A stretch of DNA of 64,000 bases. It comes from Prorocentrum cordatum. Lineage: Eukaryota. Within the stretch, counting starts at the first letter, position 1, and every line of letters begins with the position of its first letter. The position numbers and the translations under genes were made by a program. A model generated the notes under the pieces. That model was given only the letters and a program-made list of their open reading frames with translations, was not told where the DNA came from and did not search any database. This document shows, one piece after another, positions 28,530 to 41,653 of the stretch. The stretch lies in the NCBI GenBank assembly GCA_963575745.1, contig CAUYUJ010000201.1:1-64000 (forward strand), written 5' to 3'.

Positions 28530-28819
28530 GGGTGTCCGTTTGAGCCGATGGCCCCAACTCGCCCCCCGGCTCCGAGCGACGGGCCCGGGTCAGCCGGGAG
28601 GCTGGCGGCGCCGGCACCGTGGCCACCAGGTTCCTCGAGGCGACCTGCTTCGCGGGAGCGGGGGCCGACCCCGCGGGCTGGCGATCTGCCCCAGCCCACG
28701 CCCGCGGCGCGGCCTGAGCCGCGCCCAAGCTGGGGCCGCCAGGCATCGCATCCTGGCGCAGGTAGGATCAGGCACGGGATTGCCAACGCAGCTGAGATCA
28801 GCAGGTGAGCCAACACGTT

Positions 28820-29276
28820 CTACGGAGAAACGTCGCAAGGTTCATCTGCCGCGTTCCACTCCGAAGGTATCCAGCGGGAACAGACGCGCAGCCCAAGAGA
28901 CAGACACCAGGCCCCCATACGTCTCAGTCAGACATACAAGAGATCTGAAATCTGCAGCACCCCCGGGCGAAGCCCAAGCACGCCCCATGTCATCCACCAA
29001 GAAGAGCACATGCGCATTCGCGATCTGGCGCTGACGCACCACACCCTGAACCCCAGGCCCTCGCCTCCCGAGCGAGAATGCCCTCGTCGAAATACTTCCG
29101 GGGCCTGGCCAGCAGGGGGACCTCAGAAAAGCTATCATCGACCCCATAAGGACGGCCAGGCTCATCGTCGCCCGCGTCGGACCCCAGCTCCTCCAAGCTT
29201 CCAAAAAAACCTTGGCCGAGCTGAAATTCCAGGAGGCCTCCGAAACGCCCTGTCTCCATGACCCCACACACACACG

Positions 29277-29308
<32 letters not shown>

Positions 29309-31134
29309 CACCACCCACACCTGCGCAACCTGCACGGGGTCCCAATCTGAGACCGCGGCCCCCAAGCTCTCCTCCAACGCACCTGTCGCCGCTACTGCGG
29401 GAGTCCAGGGCAGGGCCCACGAGGCACCCACGAGGATCAACAGGGAGGCCGCGGTCAACATGTCCTGACGAGCCGCAGTCCACAAAGGCACAGGCGTGGC
29501 ATAATACTTGTTAATGCAGGCGTAGATACTTCTGAAGACACTCATCATACTCCGATTGATCAAGGCACAGAACGTGGGGTGACCCAACAGCACCTCCCAC
29601 ACTCGACCAGGAAGCCTTCGACACGTCAGAGCATAGGACACCCCCTGCCGCACTTTCCAAAGGTGGGCGGGCGCGAGCGCAACTCCGAGTCTATCGAGAT
29701 CAAGATGAGTCCCCAAGGCCTTTGACGAGGTAACGCTCACTTCGTGCTCGAGGGTCATCACCCCCCACCTCCTCGAAACGGCCCGCGGCGTCCGACAGGA
29801 TGGGGGGCGCGAGGGGGGGGTCGCACGACGGGGCCCCGAGGTTGTCGACGTAAATATAATGACAAAGACCCGAGCCCTCCAAGACGGCCCCCTCCCCATC
29901 CGGCTTCACGCTCGACGAAGCGGAAGACGCTTGGCCTCCCACGATCTCGAAGTCAGGGCGATCCAGAAATGCCGGAAACCTCAGACACACGCCGCCCCCC
30001 CCCCGCCTGCCAACAAAAGCACAAGGACCAGGAGAAGCCCATGGAGAGAGAGGCACAGCAGACATCGACCTGGTCATCAATCTCCAAGACGGGTCCACTG
30101 AGGCTCCGGCCCACAGCGTTCAACTCCCCGGCGGTAGCGGCGCCCGACCCAAAGAAACTGGCCAGGCCCTCGGGAAGCCGAAAAAGATGGAACGCATCTT
30201 TAACATCCGCCAGCCCCGGAGACATCTGGGCGTTTCGAAGCTGATCGGGGGAGAGACTGGAGCAACCAAGCGGGAGAGCAACCTCGATGCTAGCGAGGCT
30301 CTCGGACGAGCAAAGATGGACTCCAGGGGGGCCTGCGATTCGCCTATTCGCACGACGGGCATCAATCATGAGCCCACTATTGCTTTTTCTGGTCTTCTTC
30401 ACGAAAATCATGCCGGCCCGCTCCTGGGACGACCTGGCAGGCAGAAACGTCGCCAGGCCGAATTATCCAGAGCAGGGAGCCCGCATCAGCCGCAGAAGCT
30501 TGCGGCGGCTGCGAGAAAGCACAGGGCCCCAATAAGGGCTCACAGGGGGCAGCGACTCCTGTCGCTCGAAAAAATCCACAGGATGCGCAGCATGCGCCCG
30601 TAGCTCAGCTCCAAAAACTGGCTCGCCTCCGGACCCACAACCTCGCGCACAGAAGGGGCGCCCTCGAGACTTTCTGGCAGGCTCGCAGAGGCCACATTGG
30701 AGAAACTGGCCAAGTTGTGTCCACCAGGCTCTGTATCGTACACAGCCCGGCCGCGCAGCAGCTCGAGATAGGCCGCTCGCCGACTAGGGATCGCGACGTC
30801 CGAAGTCAAAAGGGAGAGGATCCTATCTCGGATGCGCGAATGCCCACTAGCCTGCTCAGGGGTTCGGGGCGGCCCTTAAACGGGCTGCTGCCAGTCCCCT
30901 GCCATCCAATTCAAAACCTTCACGGTAGCGTTGACGTCAGCATTCAGACGACGCGAGTGACCCCGCAAGCCCGCGGCCCGGCGACCACGCCCGCTCGGAA
31001 CAGCCAGCGCTGGCGAGAGAGGGATAGGAAAAAAGGGGCAGCATCGCGACGCGCCTCACACGATCGTCGCCCGCCACCTGCTCTGGGCCCCCAGCACTGA
31101 GTCGACCACCGTCAGCGCTGGCCTGGCCCATCAC
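28820..31134 (-). pseudogene. Element 1 reverse transcriptase-RNase H (frameshifted)
   Basis: RT motifs: FVKK...IDARRAN, ADVKDAFH, LSMGFSWSL, YIYVDNLG. RNase H motifs: degenerate TDAS (ATGALE), EARA, LFLVDD, RWIPSEWNAADEP (about 28835-28878). Interrupted by an (AC)n tract at 29265-29320. Confidence 0.9.
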
Positions 31135-32113
31135 CCCGACTTCAGCGGGAGCTTCTCTCCGCTGTCGGCACCTGCGCCTTGGCGAGGCTGCCCGCGCCCA
31201 GCGCCCTTGTCGCCCTTGGCCGCGTCGCGGCCTCCCCCACCTCCAGCACTAGCAGCGCCTGCGGGCTGAGAGGCGTCGATGCCCCCGACCGGCAGCAGGC
31301 CACGCGCGCGCAGCCGCATGTTCTCGATCTCCGCCTTTCCTCGGCCCGGCAATTGGCGCGCGACCGGAGCTCGGGCGGCGCTACCGAAGCCGCCGTGGAG
31401 ACGGGAGCGAAGTGCTTCACCACCTCCCAGTTCGCACGCCCCAGGACGCCTGTCGAGTACGCCTCGATGATCTGGCACTCCCGCCTCGAGACCGACTCGT
31501 TGCAAGTCAGCGAGGGGCCGTTCACCGGGTCGTAGCAGCCGCTCAGAGACAGGATGTCCGGGAGCAACCTCATGTCGATGCTGATCCGCTCAGTGATGAG
31601 CCAGGTGACGTCCGACAGGACCTCGTCGGGCGTCGGCCCAGGCGGCGCCGCGCCGCCAGCCGCCACCGCGGCGGGCCCTCCGCCGGCGGCGCCACCGCCA
31701 GAGACACCAGCTGGGTTGCCGCCCGAGTCCGTCATCGCGCGGTACTCGACGTGGCTGCCGTGCCAGAGCACGTGAGCCTCCCGCTCATCCTGAGGGCACT
31801 GGGTGATGCCAAAGGCCTCGCCCTCCGCGAGCTCGATCGGCTTCCCCAGGTCGGCCGCCTCCAGCCCAGCACGAAGCCGATAGAACTGGCCACGCATCAT
31901 GCTCAGCACGTCGCGCGTGGGGTCCAGCAACACAGCCTACACCGCGCCCGAAGTGCCGCGGCAGCATCGAACATTCTCAGGATACCGATCACCATCTGAC
32001 ACCGTGTTGGTCCACACTCCAGGCCGCCCTCGTGCCAGAGCGACGCCCTCGTGCCAGTATGGGTTGTCCTCGCACCACAGAGCCAATCGCTAGCACGGCC
32101 GAGGCTCACGCAT
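31131..32113 (-). pseudogene. Element 1 gag-like ORF (frameshifted)
   Basis: Motifs PYWHEG-x-x-LA...WTNTVSDGDRYPE and GCYDPVNGPSL...RRECQIIEAY...NW...PELR resemble the gag-like ORF1 of dinoflagellate DIRS elements (from recall). It sits directly upstream of RT. Confidence 0.7.
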
Positions 32114-32717
32114 AAAGTCCGCCTCCCCCACGACGAGGCCGCTCGCCAAGAAGAGCTGGAACTTTCGACTTGACCACATTGCGCCGACGGCCAAAGAGGC
32201 CGAGGGCGCGACCCGTCACGTCGCGAGTGAAGCCGCCCACGAACACCCAGACCAGTGGCCAGAGATCCCAGGCCGCCTCGAGTGCCGCCTGCACCAGCGC
32301 GATCTCCTCCTCCAGGCGGACGGCGGCCAAGCGCATCTCGGCCAGCTCCTCGGGCACGGCGCCCAAGTCGAGAGCCGCAGAGCCTCCTGTCGGGTGTTGC
32401 TGGAAGTGCCCCTGGCCCAAGGTGCCCCCAGGATTTCCCAGGAGGCCCCCACGGCCTCCAGAGCACCTCTCGCGAGGCCCAGAGGGCCCCAGGGCCTCCC
32501 AAATGAAGCGACAAGCTGGGGGCACCCTGGGCCAGGGGTACCTCCAGCAACCCCCGATCCTGGCGGGTCCGGGTCCGGCGGCCCCGCCGCCGGCTCGGGC
32601 CGGCTCGGGGACGGGGCAGAAGGGAGCCGGGCACACCGGCCGCGGGCACACCGGCAGCGGGCAGCCGGGCTGGGGCGAAGACACCCGGAGCCCTCCTGCC
32701 AGCAGGCCATGGAGCAC
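32106..32717 (-). other. Possible extra ORF between A1 and gag in element 1 (coiled-coil then hydrophobic segment)
   Basis: ORF contains EELAEMRLAAVRLEEEIALVQAALEAAWDLWPLVWVFVGGF. No recognisable family. Confidence 0.3.
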
Positions 32718-32769
32718 GGCCAGCAGGGCCCGCGGGAGAGGCTCGTGCGAGCGAAGGCGTGAAAGCTTG

Positions 32770-32868
32770 AGCGATAATATACAGTGGAGATGCGAAGAAC
32801 GGTGAACGTGTCGCCGTGATTTGTCCCCTCAATCCCCTGCCCGTCCGCCAGCTCCCTTCGCACCAACA
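32770..32868 (-). repeat. Split direct repeat A1 of element 1
   Basis: Near-identical to 26391-26490 (agtggaga-x-cgaagaa-x-ggtgaacgtgtcgccgt...gctcccttcgcac). Confidence 0.9.
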
Positions 32869-33349
32869 GGGGGGGACTGGCTCGGGGGAAAAGCATCGAC
32901 CTGGCATCGGCGGCAAACCAGCGACAGACCGGCGACAGGTCCCCGATAGCGAGCCCGCACGTTCCCGGGCAGGGCGGGTCATCGGGCCACCCTCGGCGAT
33001 GCATGGGCGATCGAGGGTCGATGCCTTCCCGGTTCTCCTGGCCCACGGTGTCCACAGGATTCGCAAGAAGGCCCAGACTGAGGACAGCACATCCCATCCC
33101 CACCCCCCAAGCCAGGACCCCCCTTTTTCTTGCGCAGGCCGCTGGGCGCTCCACCCGTGTCGCAAGTGGCCCGCGGCGCGCCGCGGGCAAGCTGGGCAGG
33201 CACCTCGCCCTACCACCAAAAGCCCCTTGACACCCAGGCGGGCGGCGGACGAGGCGACAAACAGAGCACAAGCTGTCGAACTCGACCCTCGCCTCCCACT
33301 GAGCCTCCCCCCTGACGCCCAACGCTGCCCCTGGAGCAGAGGACGCAGC

Positions 33350-33442
33350 CTTGGTCACCATGTACACAACACCGTGCTTCGGGCTCACGTGCACCGCCAC
33401 GGCGAAGTCGCTCGGCGCCTCGGGTGCCATGGCGATCTCGGC
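33350..33442 (-). CDS. CHC: Clathrin heavy chain, exon (first visible): AEIAMAPEAPSDFAVAVHVSPKHGVVYMVTK
   Basis: 93 nt, phase 0, acceptor GCGCAG|GCC, donor AAG|GC. The peptide matches the clathrin N-terminal propeller segment (PEA-x-DF-x-V-x-x-x-S-x-K-H-x-V-x-x-x-TK) and joins in frame to the next exon. Confidence 0.93.
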
Positions 33443-33654
33443 CTGCGCCTCCGGAGGGCAGGGCGGTCGTCGCCGCCGGCGCCACCGCCGTGGCCGCCGC
33501 AGTCGCCGTCGTCGCCGGCGTCGCCGGCGTCGCCGCCGCCATTGTCGTCAAGGCTGGAAAGAGGTCGAGGTTCCAGATTCTGGATGTTTTGGGGCCCTCT
33601 TGGGCCTCCAGAAGCATCCGGAAACCTCCGCCGTCGTCGTCGCGGACGGCGGTG

Positions 33655-33688
<34 letters not shown>

Positions 33689-33868
33689 TCGGCGTCGTCG
33701 TCGTCGTGAGCGTCGTCGTGTGCGTAGTCGACGCCATTCAAGACCTGAAGGGAATCGAGGATCCAATTTTGCGGGACGTTCTTTGGCCCTTGTTGCGCCC
33801 CTGGATGCCTCCAGACACCTCCGTCGTCGTCGTCTTCCTCCTCTCCTCGTCGTCATCCTTGTCGCCGT

Positions 33869-33903
<35 letters not shown>

Positions 33904-34269
33904 CCCTCGTCCTCGTCGTCCTTGGCGGCGGCGCGAGCGGGACCTCCGAGGGGAGGCGAGGGACGCGGAGAAGGGCGAGACGGATCAGAGGGACTGAATG
34001 TTGCCGTCCACCAGCGGCTAGAGAGAGTACGATCCACTCTGCGACCAGGCCAGAGATCGATGAACAAAACATATGTGGCACCCCGCAGTTGCGAATAAGA
34101 GTGAGGGGGCTGGCGCGGAAAAGGTCGCGGCAGGTCGCGGGCGGGTCGCGGTCAGGTCGCGGGTGGGTCGCGGGCAGGTCGCGGGTGGGTCGCGGGGTGG
34201 ATCGCGGGGTGGGTCGCGGGTAGGTCGCGGGCGGGTCGCGGGCGGGTCGCGGGCGAGGACGACGACTAC

Positions 34270-34310
<41 letters not shown>

Positions 34311-34312
<2 letters not shown>

Positions 34313-35313
34313 CACTTTACCCGAACGCTCAGTGTTCTCACCAGTGCCAGGGTTTTCATACGACGCCCGCCAATACCCCCACTTTGTGGGGGGGCCGGTT
34401 CAAGCTCTACCACATTTCCAAACGACTCTTCGCCACCACCCACACCCAGCTTCCCGCCCTATGACGTTCGGACACTTCACTTCGTGGCCTGCGGACGACC
34501 GTGGCTACTACACTGGCGCATGGGTACAGTGACTTGTTGTGGTAACATTTTCTGGACGCTAGCTTAGTATACGACTTTTCCCCCTGTTCCAACACTGGAC
34601 ACCTATACTGGTTTTTGGAAAAACCATTGTTTTTTTTAGGATTCGGACAGCGCGCGCGGGTAGAAATTTTGAAAAGTCGTGCAGGTGTTTTTCGAGGACC
34701 TACGGTGCGATTCGTGTGATTTTATGATGCGCGGTGCTAAAATTCTTAAGAAGCCCAATGGTTTTTGGAGATTTCGGCGTGCGCGCGCGAAGAAAAAACG
34801 AATGTGTCCCGCATGGTATTATTTGACAGGGATGATGGCCCTGGCAGGTGCGCAACCGTTGTCGCAGAAGTTCGAAAAAGTTGCTCGCAAAAGCCCGTTT
34901 GACAGAAATGTTTAAAAAGTGTTGGGTTTCCTACGAATCCGCAAGAGCGCGCGGGATGAGATTTTGACATTTTTTTGTTGAAAAACCATTGGTTTTTTGA
35001 TGTTTTTATGTTAAAATCGCTGCGAACACTAAGCTTTTGGAAGGATTTCGTCTTGCGCGCGCGAATGTCCACTTTACCTTATTTTTTGCAAGGGATTCTT
35101 GAAATTTGATTATATTAGAACAAGAAATGTCATTTTATAGTGTTTTTTGCAAGGGAAAGCGGATTACAACAAAACAACCGGATCTGGATGACATCGTTTT
35201 ACCTGAGGCTTCCTCACGAAAATGATGAAAATGTAGCTGCGGCCTAGGCGGCGCAGGGGGGGCGCGCACCAGGGGGCCCAACAATAATTATTCTTTAGAA
35301 TTAATAATGTTCA
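34311..35313 (+). repeat. Family A element (long variant) between (AAC)n tracts
   Basis: Same sequence and termini as the units at 53885-57628. Confidence 0.9.
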
Positions 35314-35394
35314 ACAACAAGAACAACAACAACAACTACAACAACAACAACAACAACAATAACAACCACAACAACAACAACAACAACAACAACC

Positions 35395-35426
<32 letters not shown>

Positions 35427-35452
35427 AACAACCACAACAACAACAGCAACAG

Positions 35453-35505
<53 letters not shown>

Positions 35506-37597
35506 CCACCACCACCAACAACAACAACAACAGCAACAGCAACAGCAGCAGCAACAGCAGCAACAACAACAACAACAGTGTCGCCCGAATGCTCCATTAT
35601 TCGATATGAGCACACAAAACACCCATCATGATAACTCCTCCCATCATGAGGGATTTCTCTTTTGGCACAGGGGGTCCGATAATCCCGTACCCAGATATCC
35701 CGCCCAACGGGGTCTTGCGAGCACCTCTCCCGAGGAATTTCAACATCTGCGGCTCGGATGGAACTTCAACATCTGTGACACGTTGCCCATGCCCTGCTTC
35801 TCGGAGAAGGAAAAGGAGGATGACAGTGAGGAAAAGGAGGAGGAGGAGGAGGAGGAGGAGGAGAAGGAACAAGAGGGGAGGGAGGAGGGAGGAGGCAAGA
35901 TGACGGAGCACGAGGAGGATGACGAGGAGGAGGAGAAGGAGGAAGAGGAAGAGAAGGAGGACCAAGGAAGAAAGAGCCTGATATTCTATGTTCCTCGATA
36001 GCGGTCGTCACCGGCCCCGCCCCCCCACCCCACCCCCCACCCCCCACCCCCCGGGTGACGTCACGTTCCACGCCACCGGCATCCGGGAATGCCAAGGGTG
36101 ACCGAGGCCAAGTAGGAGCAGCATGTAGGTGGCAATCTGCACTACAGCGCCCGTGTACACCACAGTGCTCGCGTTTACCACAGCGCGCGTGCACACCACA
36201 GCGCCTGCGTACACCGCAACAGCCGTATGCAACGCAGCGCCTGTGTACACCAGAGTGCTCGCGTGCACCACAGCGCCTATGCACACCACCACAATAACAA
36301 AAAACAAGAACACAAACAAAAAACAAGAACAGCAACAACAACTACAACGGAAGCAACAACAACACCAACAACAACAGCAAGAGCAACCATGTCAAGAATG
36401 CTCGCTCTGACTTGCCCGCGTGCCATTCAACACGTATATCCCCAACACTCGATACCCGCCCTCTTCGTCTTCTATCGTACACCCTTGGAGGTATTTCTTC
36501 CTTACCTGCCAGGTGTGATTGGTGCAGCCCCTAAAGCAAGGGAAGAGAAGACGGAGGGAAGGGGAGGGAGAAGGATGGAGCACGGGAAAGATTAGCAGGA
36601 GAGGGGGGAGCTAGGAGCAGAAAGCACATGGCAAAACCAAACGGGCAGATCGGGCGGGCAGACCCTAACGGCCGGGTCGGGAAGGCGGGCCCAGGCGGCC
36701 AGGTCGAGCAGGCGGGTCGCTGAAGCGTGAGTCATGCATGAACCGCGAGGTCTCAAGGGATAGCGCGAGTTCCAAGTGAATCGCGAGAAAAAGCCAAAGC
36801 GAGAGCGCGATTTCTGAGCGTCGAGGGCGCGGCGTCTCAATAAATTGTGAGGAAGTCCCACGCGAGAGCGCGATTCCTGCGCACATTGTCAGGAAGCCCC
36901 GCGCGGGAGCACGAGTTTGAAACAAGTGGCACGTCTGCCATGACTCTTGCACAGAAGGGAGGGGAAGGAGGAGGAGGAGGAAGTGAAGGAGGAGGACGGC
37001 GAAGGGATATAGTGTGCGAGAACTCGGAGAAAGAGGACCCAACGAGGGCCGCAAGACGGGCTTGACAGGGCGAGCTCGAGGAGGCTCCAAGAGCCTTCCC
37101 CCGCGAGATGGCCTCCAAGACTTCCAACATGCTCCCAGGAGGCCTCCAACAAACACCCAAAAGGTCTACAGAGGATCCGAAGAACTCCCCAGGAGCCCGA
37201 AACGGAGGCGGAGGGGGCACGGGGCGGGCGGGGGGGGTTCGAGTAGGCCGCTGGGGAACGTTGGGGAAAGGGGGATGTGGGGCGGGGGCGGGGCGCGCCA
37301 TGCGACGCGAAAAAAAATGGTCGGGGCGGAAGGGAGCACTGAGCGGAGGTTCCACTGGGCCGCTGGGGGACGCTGGGGAGAGAAGGGATGGGGGGCGGGG
37401 AGGAGGGGCGCGGTGCGACGCTGAATAAAACTGTCGTCGCGGAGGCTGGGCCGCTGAGGAACGCTGGGGCGGGGGGGAGGGTGGCGGGGGGAGGGGGAGG
37501 GGTGCGGCGGGGCGGGGCGCAACAACAACAACAACAACAACAGCATCAGCAGCAACAACAACAGCAACAACAACAACAGCAACAACAACAACAACAT

Positions 37598-37641
<44 letters not shown>

Positions 37642-37659
37642 CCACAACAACAACAACAA

Positions 37660-38432
37660 TCATTTAAGACTGGGGACACCCCGTTCTCACCAGTGCCAGG
37701 GTTTTCATAGGAGGCGGGCAATACCCCCACTTTGTGGGGGGGCCGGTTCAAGCTCTACCAAATTTCCAAACGACTCTTCGCCACCACCCACACCCAGCTT
37801 CCCGCCCTATGACGTTCGGACACTTCACTTCGTGGCATGCGGACGACCGTGGCTACTATTCAGGGCCCCGCGGCCGACGACGACGGCGTGCGCGCGCGAA
37901 GAAAAAACGAATGTGTCCAATATGGTATTATTTGACAGGGATGATGGCCCTGACATGCGCGCAACCGTGGTTGCAGAAGTTCGAAGCACGTGAAAAAGTT
38001 GCTCGCAAGAGCCCGTTTGACAGAAATGTTGAAAAAAAATTGGGTTTCCTCAGAAATCCGCAAGAGCGCGCAAGATGAATTTTTGAATTTTTTTTTGAAA
38101 AAAAACCATTGGGTTTTTCATGTTTTTATGTTAAAATCGCTACGAAAACTAAGGTTTTGGAAGGATTTCATCTTGCGCGCGCGAGTGTGCACTTCGTGTC
38201 ATTTTTTTCAAAGGATTCTTGAAGTTTGGTTATGTTAGAACAAGAAATTCATTTTATAGTGTTTTTTTGCAAGGGAAAGCGGGCGTCAACAAAACAACCG
38301 GATCTGGATGACATCGTTTTACCTGAGACTTCCTCACGAAAATGATGAAAATGTGGCTGCGGCCTAGGCGCGGGGGGGGGGGCGTGCACCAGGGGGCCCA
38401 ACAATAATTATTCTTTAGAATTAATAATGTTC

Positions 38433-38433
<1 letters not shown>
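37660..38433 (+). repeat. Family A element between (AAC)n tracts
   Basis: Same sequence and termini as the other family A copies. Confidence 0.9.
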
Positions 38434-38466
<33 letters not shown>

Positions 38467-38491
38467 CCAACACCAACACCAACACCAACAC

Positions 38492-38522
<31 letters not shown>

Positions 38523-38531
38523 AACAACAAC

Positions 38532-38565
<34 letters not shown>

Positions 38566-38603
38566 ACAACAGCAACAACAACAACAGCAACAACAACAAC
38601 AAC

Positions 38604-39790
38604 TATCATTTTAAGACGGTTCGCTCTTACTTGCCCGCATGCCATGCAACGTGTATACCCACGCCCTCGATACCCGCCCCCTTCGTCTTCGAGCGCACCC
38701 CCTTCTGGGGGGATTATTTCTTTTTGCGGGGGCGGGCAGGCTTAGACAAGCGGGCGTGAACGGGCGGGGAATTATTCGGAGGATGGGGCACGCATCTCTT
38801 TGCCCACCATTGGAATTAGCGCGGGCCCTGCAAGAAGAGGAAGGGGGAGAACGAGGGAGAGTGGGAGGAAGGGAGGGGGAGGGACGAGGCTAAAGGGGAA
38901 CACGCCAGGAGAGAGGGGGCGAGGAGGGGGGGGGGGGAACGATTGGAGATAGAGAGACAGAGGAGGGAGGAAGGAGGAGGCTGGAGAGGGGAGGGCGAAG
39001 AGAGGAGGGAGGAGGGTTATGGGAGGAGGGTGAGGGGAGAGAGGAAGAGGGAGGAGGAGGGTGGATATGAGGGAGAGGGGAGGGAGGAGGGAGGTTGGAT
39101 GGGGAGGAAGGGGCAGGAGGGTAAGAGTGTGAACGTTCGAGGAAGTCCTAGGCGAGGGCGTATTCCTCAAGGAAGAGTTGGGCGGGAGCGGGGGTCCAGA
39201 GTACATTGTCGGACGTCTCAGACGGGAGCGCCGGTCGGGCGGGCGGACCCTGACGGGCGGGTCGGGCGGGCGGGACATTCAAACGGGATGTTTGCGTAAA
39301 TTGCGAGGAAGTATTAAGCGAGAGCGCGATTCCTAAGTAAATTGCGAAGGCGTCCTTGGCGCGAGCGTGGTTCCTGAGCGTCGAGAACGCGATGCTGCAA
39401 TAAATTGCGAGGAAGTCCTAAGCGCGAGCGCCATTCCTGAGTAAATGATGAGGAAGTCTCGGGCGGGAGCAGGGGTCCTGATTAAGGAAGCCTCAAGCGG
39501 GAGCGCCGCTTCTGAATAAAATGTGAAAAAGTCTGAAGCGGGAGCGCCATTCCGGAGTAAATTTTGAGGAAGTCTCAGGCGGGAGCGGGGGTCCTGAGTA
39601 AATTGTGAGGAAGTCTCAGGCGGGAGCCGTTGTTGTTGTAGTCCGGGGCCCAACAACGCAATCTGATCCGCAAGGCTTTCCCTGTCAAAAAACAGGGTGC
39701 GAGCCCCGGAGGAAGCACTTCAATTGAAAAAACAATGGGCACTGGACAGGGGGGATCAACAATAATTATTCTTCAGAAATGAGATTTCGC
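38604..39790 (+). repeat. Family B element between (AAC)n tracts
   Basis: 5' motif ...gttcgctcttacttgccc...ccctcgatacccgccc..ttcgtcttcga, an internal aaattgcgaggaagtctc minisatellite, and 3' gggatcaacaataattattcttcagaaatgaga. Related starts occur at 20595, 36386, 40830, 49820, 51381 and 57780. Confidence 0.85.
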
Positions 39791-39825
39791 CAACAACAAT
39801 AACAACAACAACAACAACAACAACA

Positions 39826-40598
39826 ATTATTAGCACGTGGGGACACTCCGTTCTCACCAGTGCCAGGGTTTTCATAGGAGGCGGGCAATACCCCCACTTT
39901 GTGGGGGGGCCGGTTCAAGCTCTACCAAATTTCCAAACGACTCTTCGCCACCACCCACACCCAGCTTCCCGCCCTATGACGTTCGGACACTTCACTTCGT
40001 GGCATGCGGACGACCGTGGCTACTATTCAGGGCCCCGCGGCCGACGACGACGGCGTGCGCGCGCGAAGAAAAAACGAATGTGTCCCGCATGGTATTATTT
40101 GACAGGGATGATGGCCCTGGCAGGTGCGCAACCGTTGTTGCAGAAGTTCGAAAAAGTTGCTAGCCAAAGCCCGTTTGACAGAAATGTTTAAAAAGTGTTG
40201 GGTTTCCTACGAATCCGCAAGAGCGCGCGGGATGAAATGTTGACAATTTTTTGAGAAAAAACAAAAAAAAACATTGGGTTTTTGATGTTTTTATGTTAAA
40301 AGCGTTACGAAAACTAAGGTTTTGGAAGGATTTCGTCTTGCGCGCACGAATGTCCACTTTACCTTATTTTGTGCAAGGGATTCTTGAAGTTTGGATATGT
40401 TAGAACAAGAAATGTCCACTTTAGCTTATTTTTTGCAAGGGAAAACCGATCGTAACAACACAACCGGATCTGGTACACATCGTTTTGCCTGAGACTTCCT
40501 CACGAAAATGATGAAAACGTGGCTGCGGCCTAGGCGCGGCGGGGGGGCCGCGCACCAGGGGTCCCAACAATAATTATTCTTAAGAAGAAATAATGTTC
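39826..40598 (+). repeat. Family A element between (AAC)n tracts
   Basis: Same sequence and termini as the other family A copies. Confidence 0.9.
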
Positions 40599-40644
<46 letters not shown>

Positions 40645-41653
40645 GCAGCAGCGGCAGCAGCAGCAGCAGCAACAGCAACAGCAACAATAACAACGACAAC
40701 AACAACAACAGCAACAACAACAACACCAACAACTGCAACTACAACTACAACTACAACTACAACTACAACTACAACTACAATTACAACAACAACAACAACA
40801 ACAACAGCAACAGCAACAACAACAATATCAATCAGTTTAAAACTGTTCGCCCTTATCTGATCGAGTGTCCAATGACGCGTATTCCCCAAACCCTCGATAC
40901 CCGCCCTCTTCGTCTTCGATCGAAACCCTTTTGGGGGGTAGACCTTTCTTCCCTGCTTGGCCCCGGCAATCGGCGGGGCGGCCGCGGACCGTCGGCATGG
41001 CCAGCGGCAGCGCTGATCGGCGGGGCGGCCGCGGACCGTCGACCCGACCCCAAGAGGGACGGACAGGGGACCGACCACGACCGACGACGTCGACGACGAC
41101 GGCGACGACGACGACGGCGACGACGACGACGAGCGAAAGCGAGAGCGAGAGAGAACGACAGCAGGGCCACAAGGACACGAAGTAGGCCACGAAGGGCGAC
41201 AGCGGGGACACGAAGCGAATCCGTACGGGGCCACGGAAAGCGCGAACGAGCGGAGGCCACGAAGGGCAGGTAATGCGGGGCCACAGAAGGCGACGATGGG
41301 GCCACTGAGGGTAGCAACTGGGCCACGTAGGACAGTGAGGAGGCCACAAACGGCGACAGCGGGGCCACGAAGGGCACGCGCATGGGGCCACAATGGGCGC
41401 GAACGAGCGGAGGCCATGCAGGGCATACGTATACTGGGCCGCGGAGAGCAAGGACGGGGCCACGAGGGCAGCAACGGGGCCACGAAAGGCAGCGAGGGGG
41501 GCCACGAAGGGCAACAGCGGGGCCACGAAGGGCATGCATATGGGGCCACCACGGACGCGAACGAGCGGGGGCCATGAAGGGCATACATATATGGGGCCAC
41601 GAAAACAGGCGAGGGGGCCACGAAAGGATGCAACGGGGCCACGAAGGGCAGCG
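40598..41653 (+). repeat. (AAC)n tract plus truncated family B copy, a direct duplicate of 49671-50648
   Basis: Same microsatellite interruptions (acc aac aac tgc aac tac...) and the same order of minisatellite variants as the copy on the other side of element 2. Confidence 0.85.

Larger units (their letters stand above)
26202..32868 (-). mobile_element. Element 1: full-length, decayed tyrosine-recombinase (DIRS-order, split-direct-repeat PAT/Ngaro-type) retrotransposon carrying a DNA methyltransferase
   Basis: The gene order on the minus strand is gag, RT-RNaseH, YR-DNMT, with split direct repeats A1 (32770-32868), B1 (26491-26629), A2 (26391-26490) and B2 (26202-26343). It has multiple frameshifts and lies in the clathrin intron 21426-33349. 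Confidence 0.92.

Noticed and set aside
28820..32113. Introns in element 1
   Set aside because: Its frame breaks look like single-base indels and a microsatellite insertion. I found no AG|G-bounded 50-80 nt inserts like those in element 2.
35200..35240. ctgagg...cctcacgaaa in family A as a hammerhead ribozyme core
   Set aside because: It lacks the CUGANGA consensus and I could not build the three stems.
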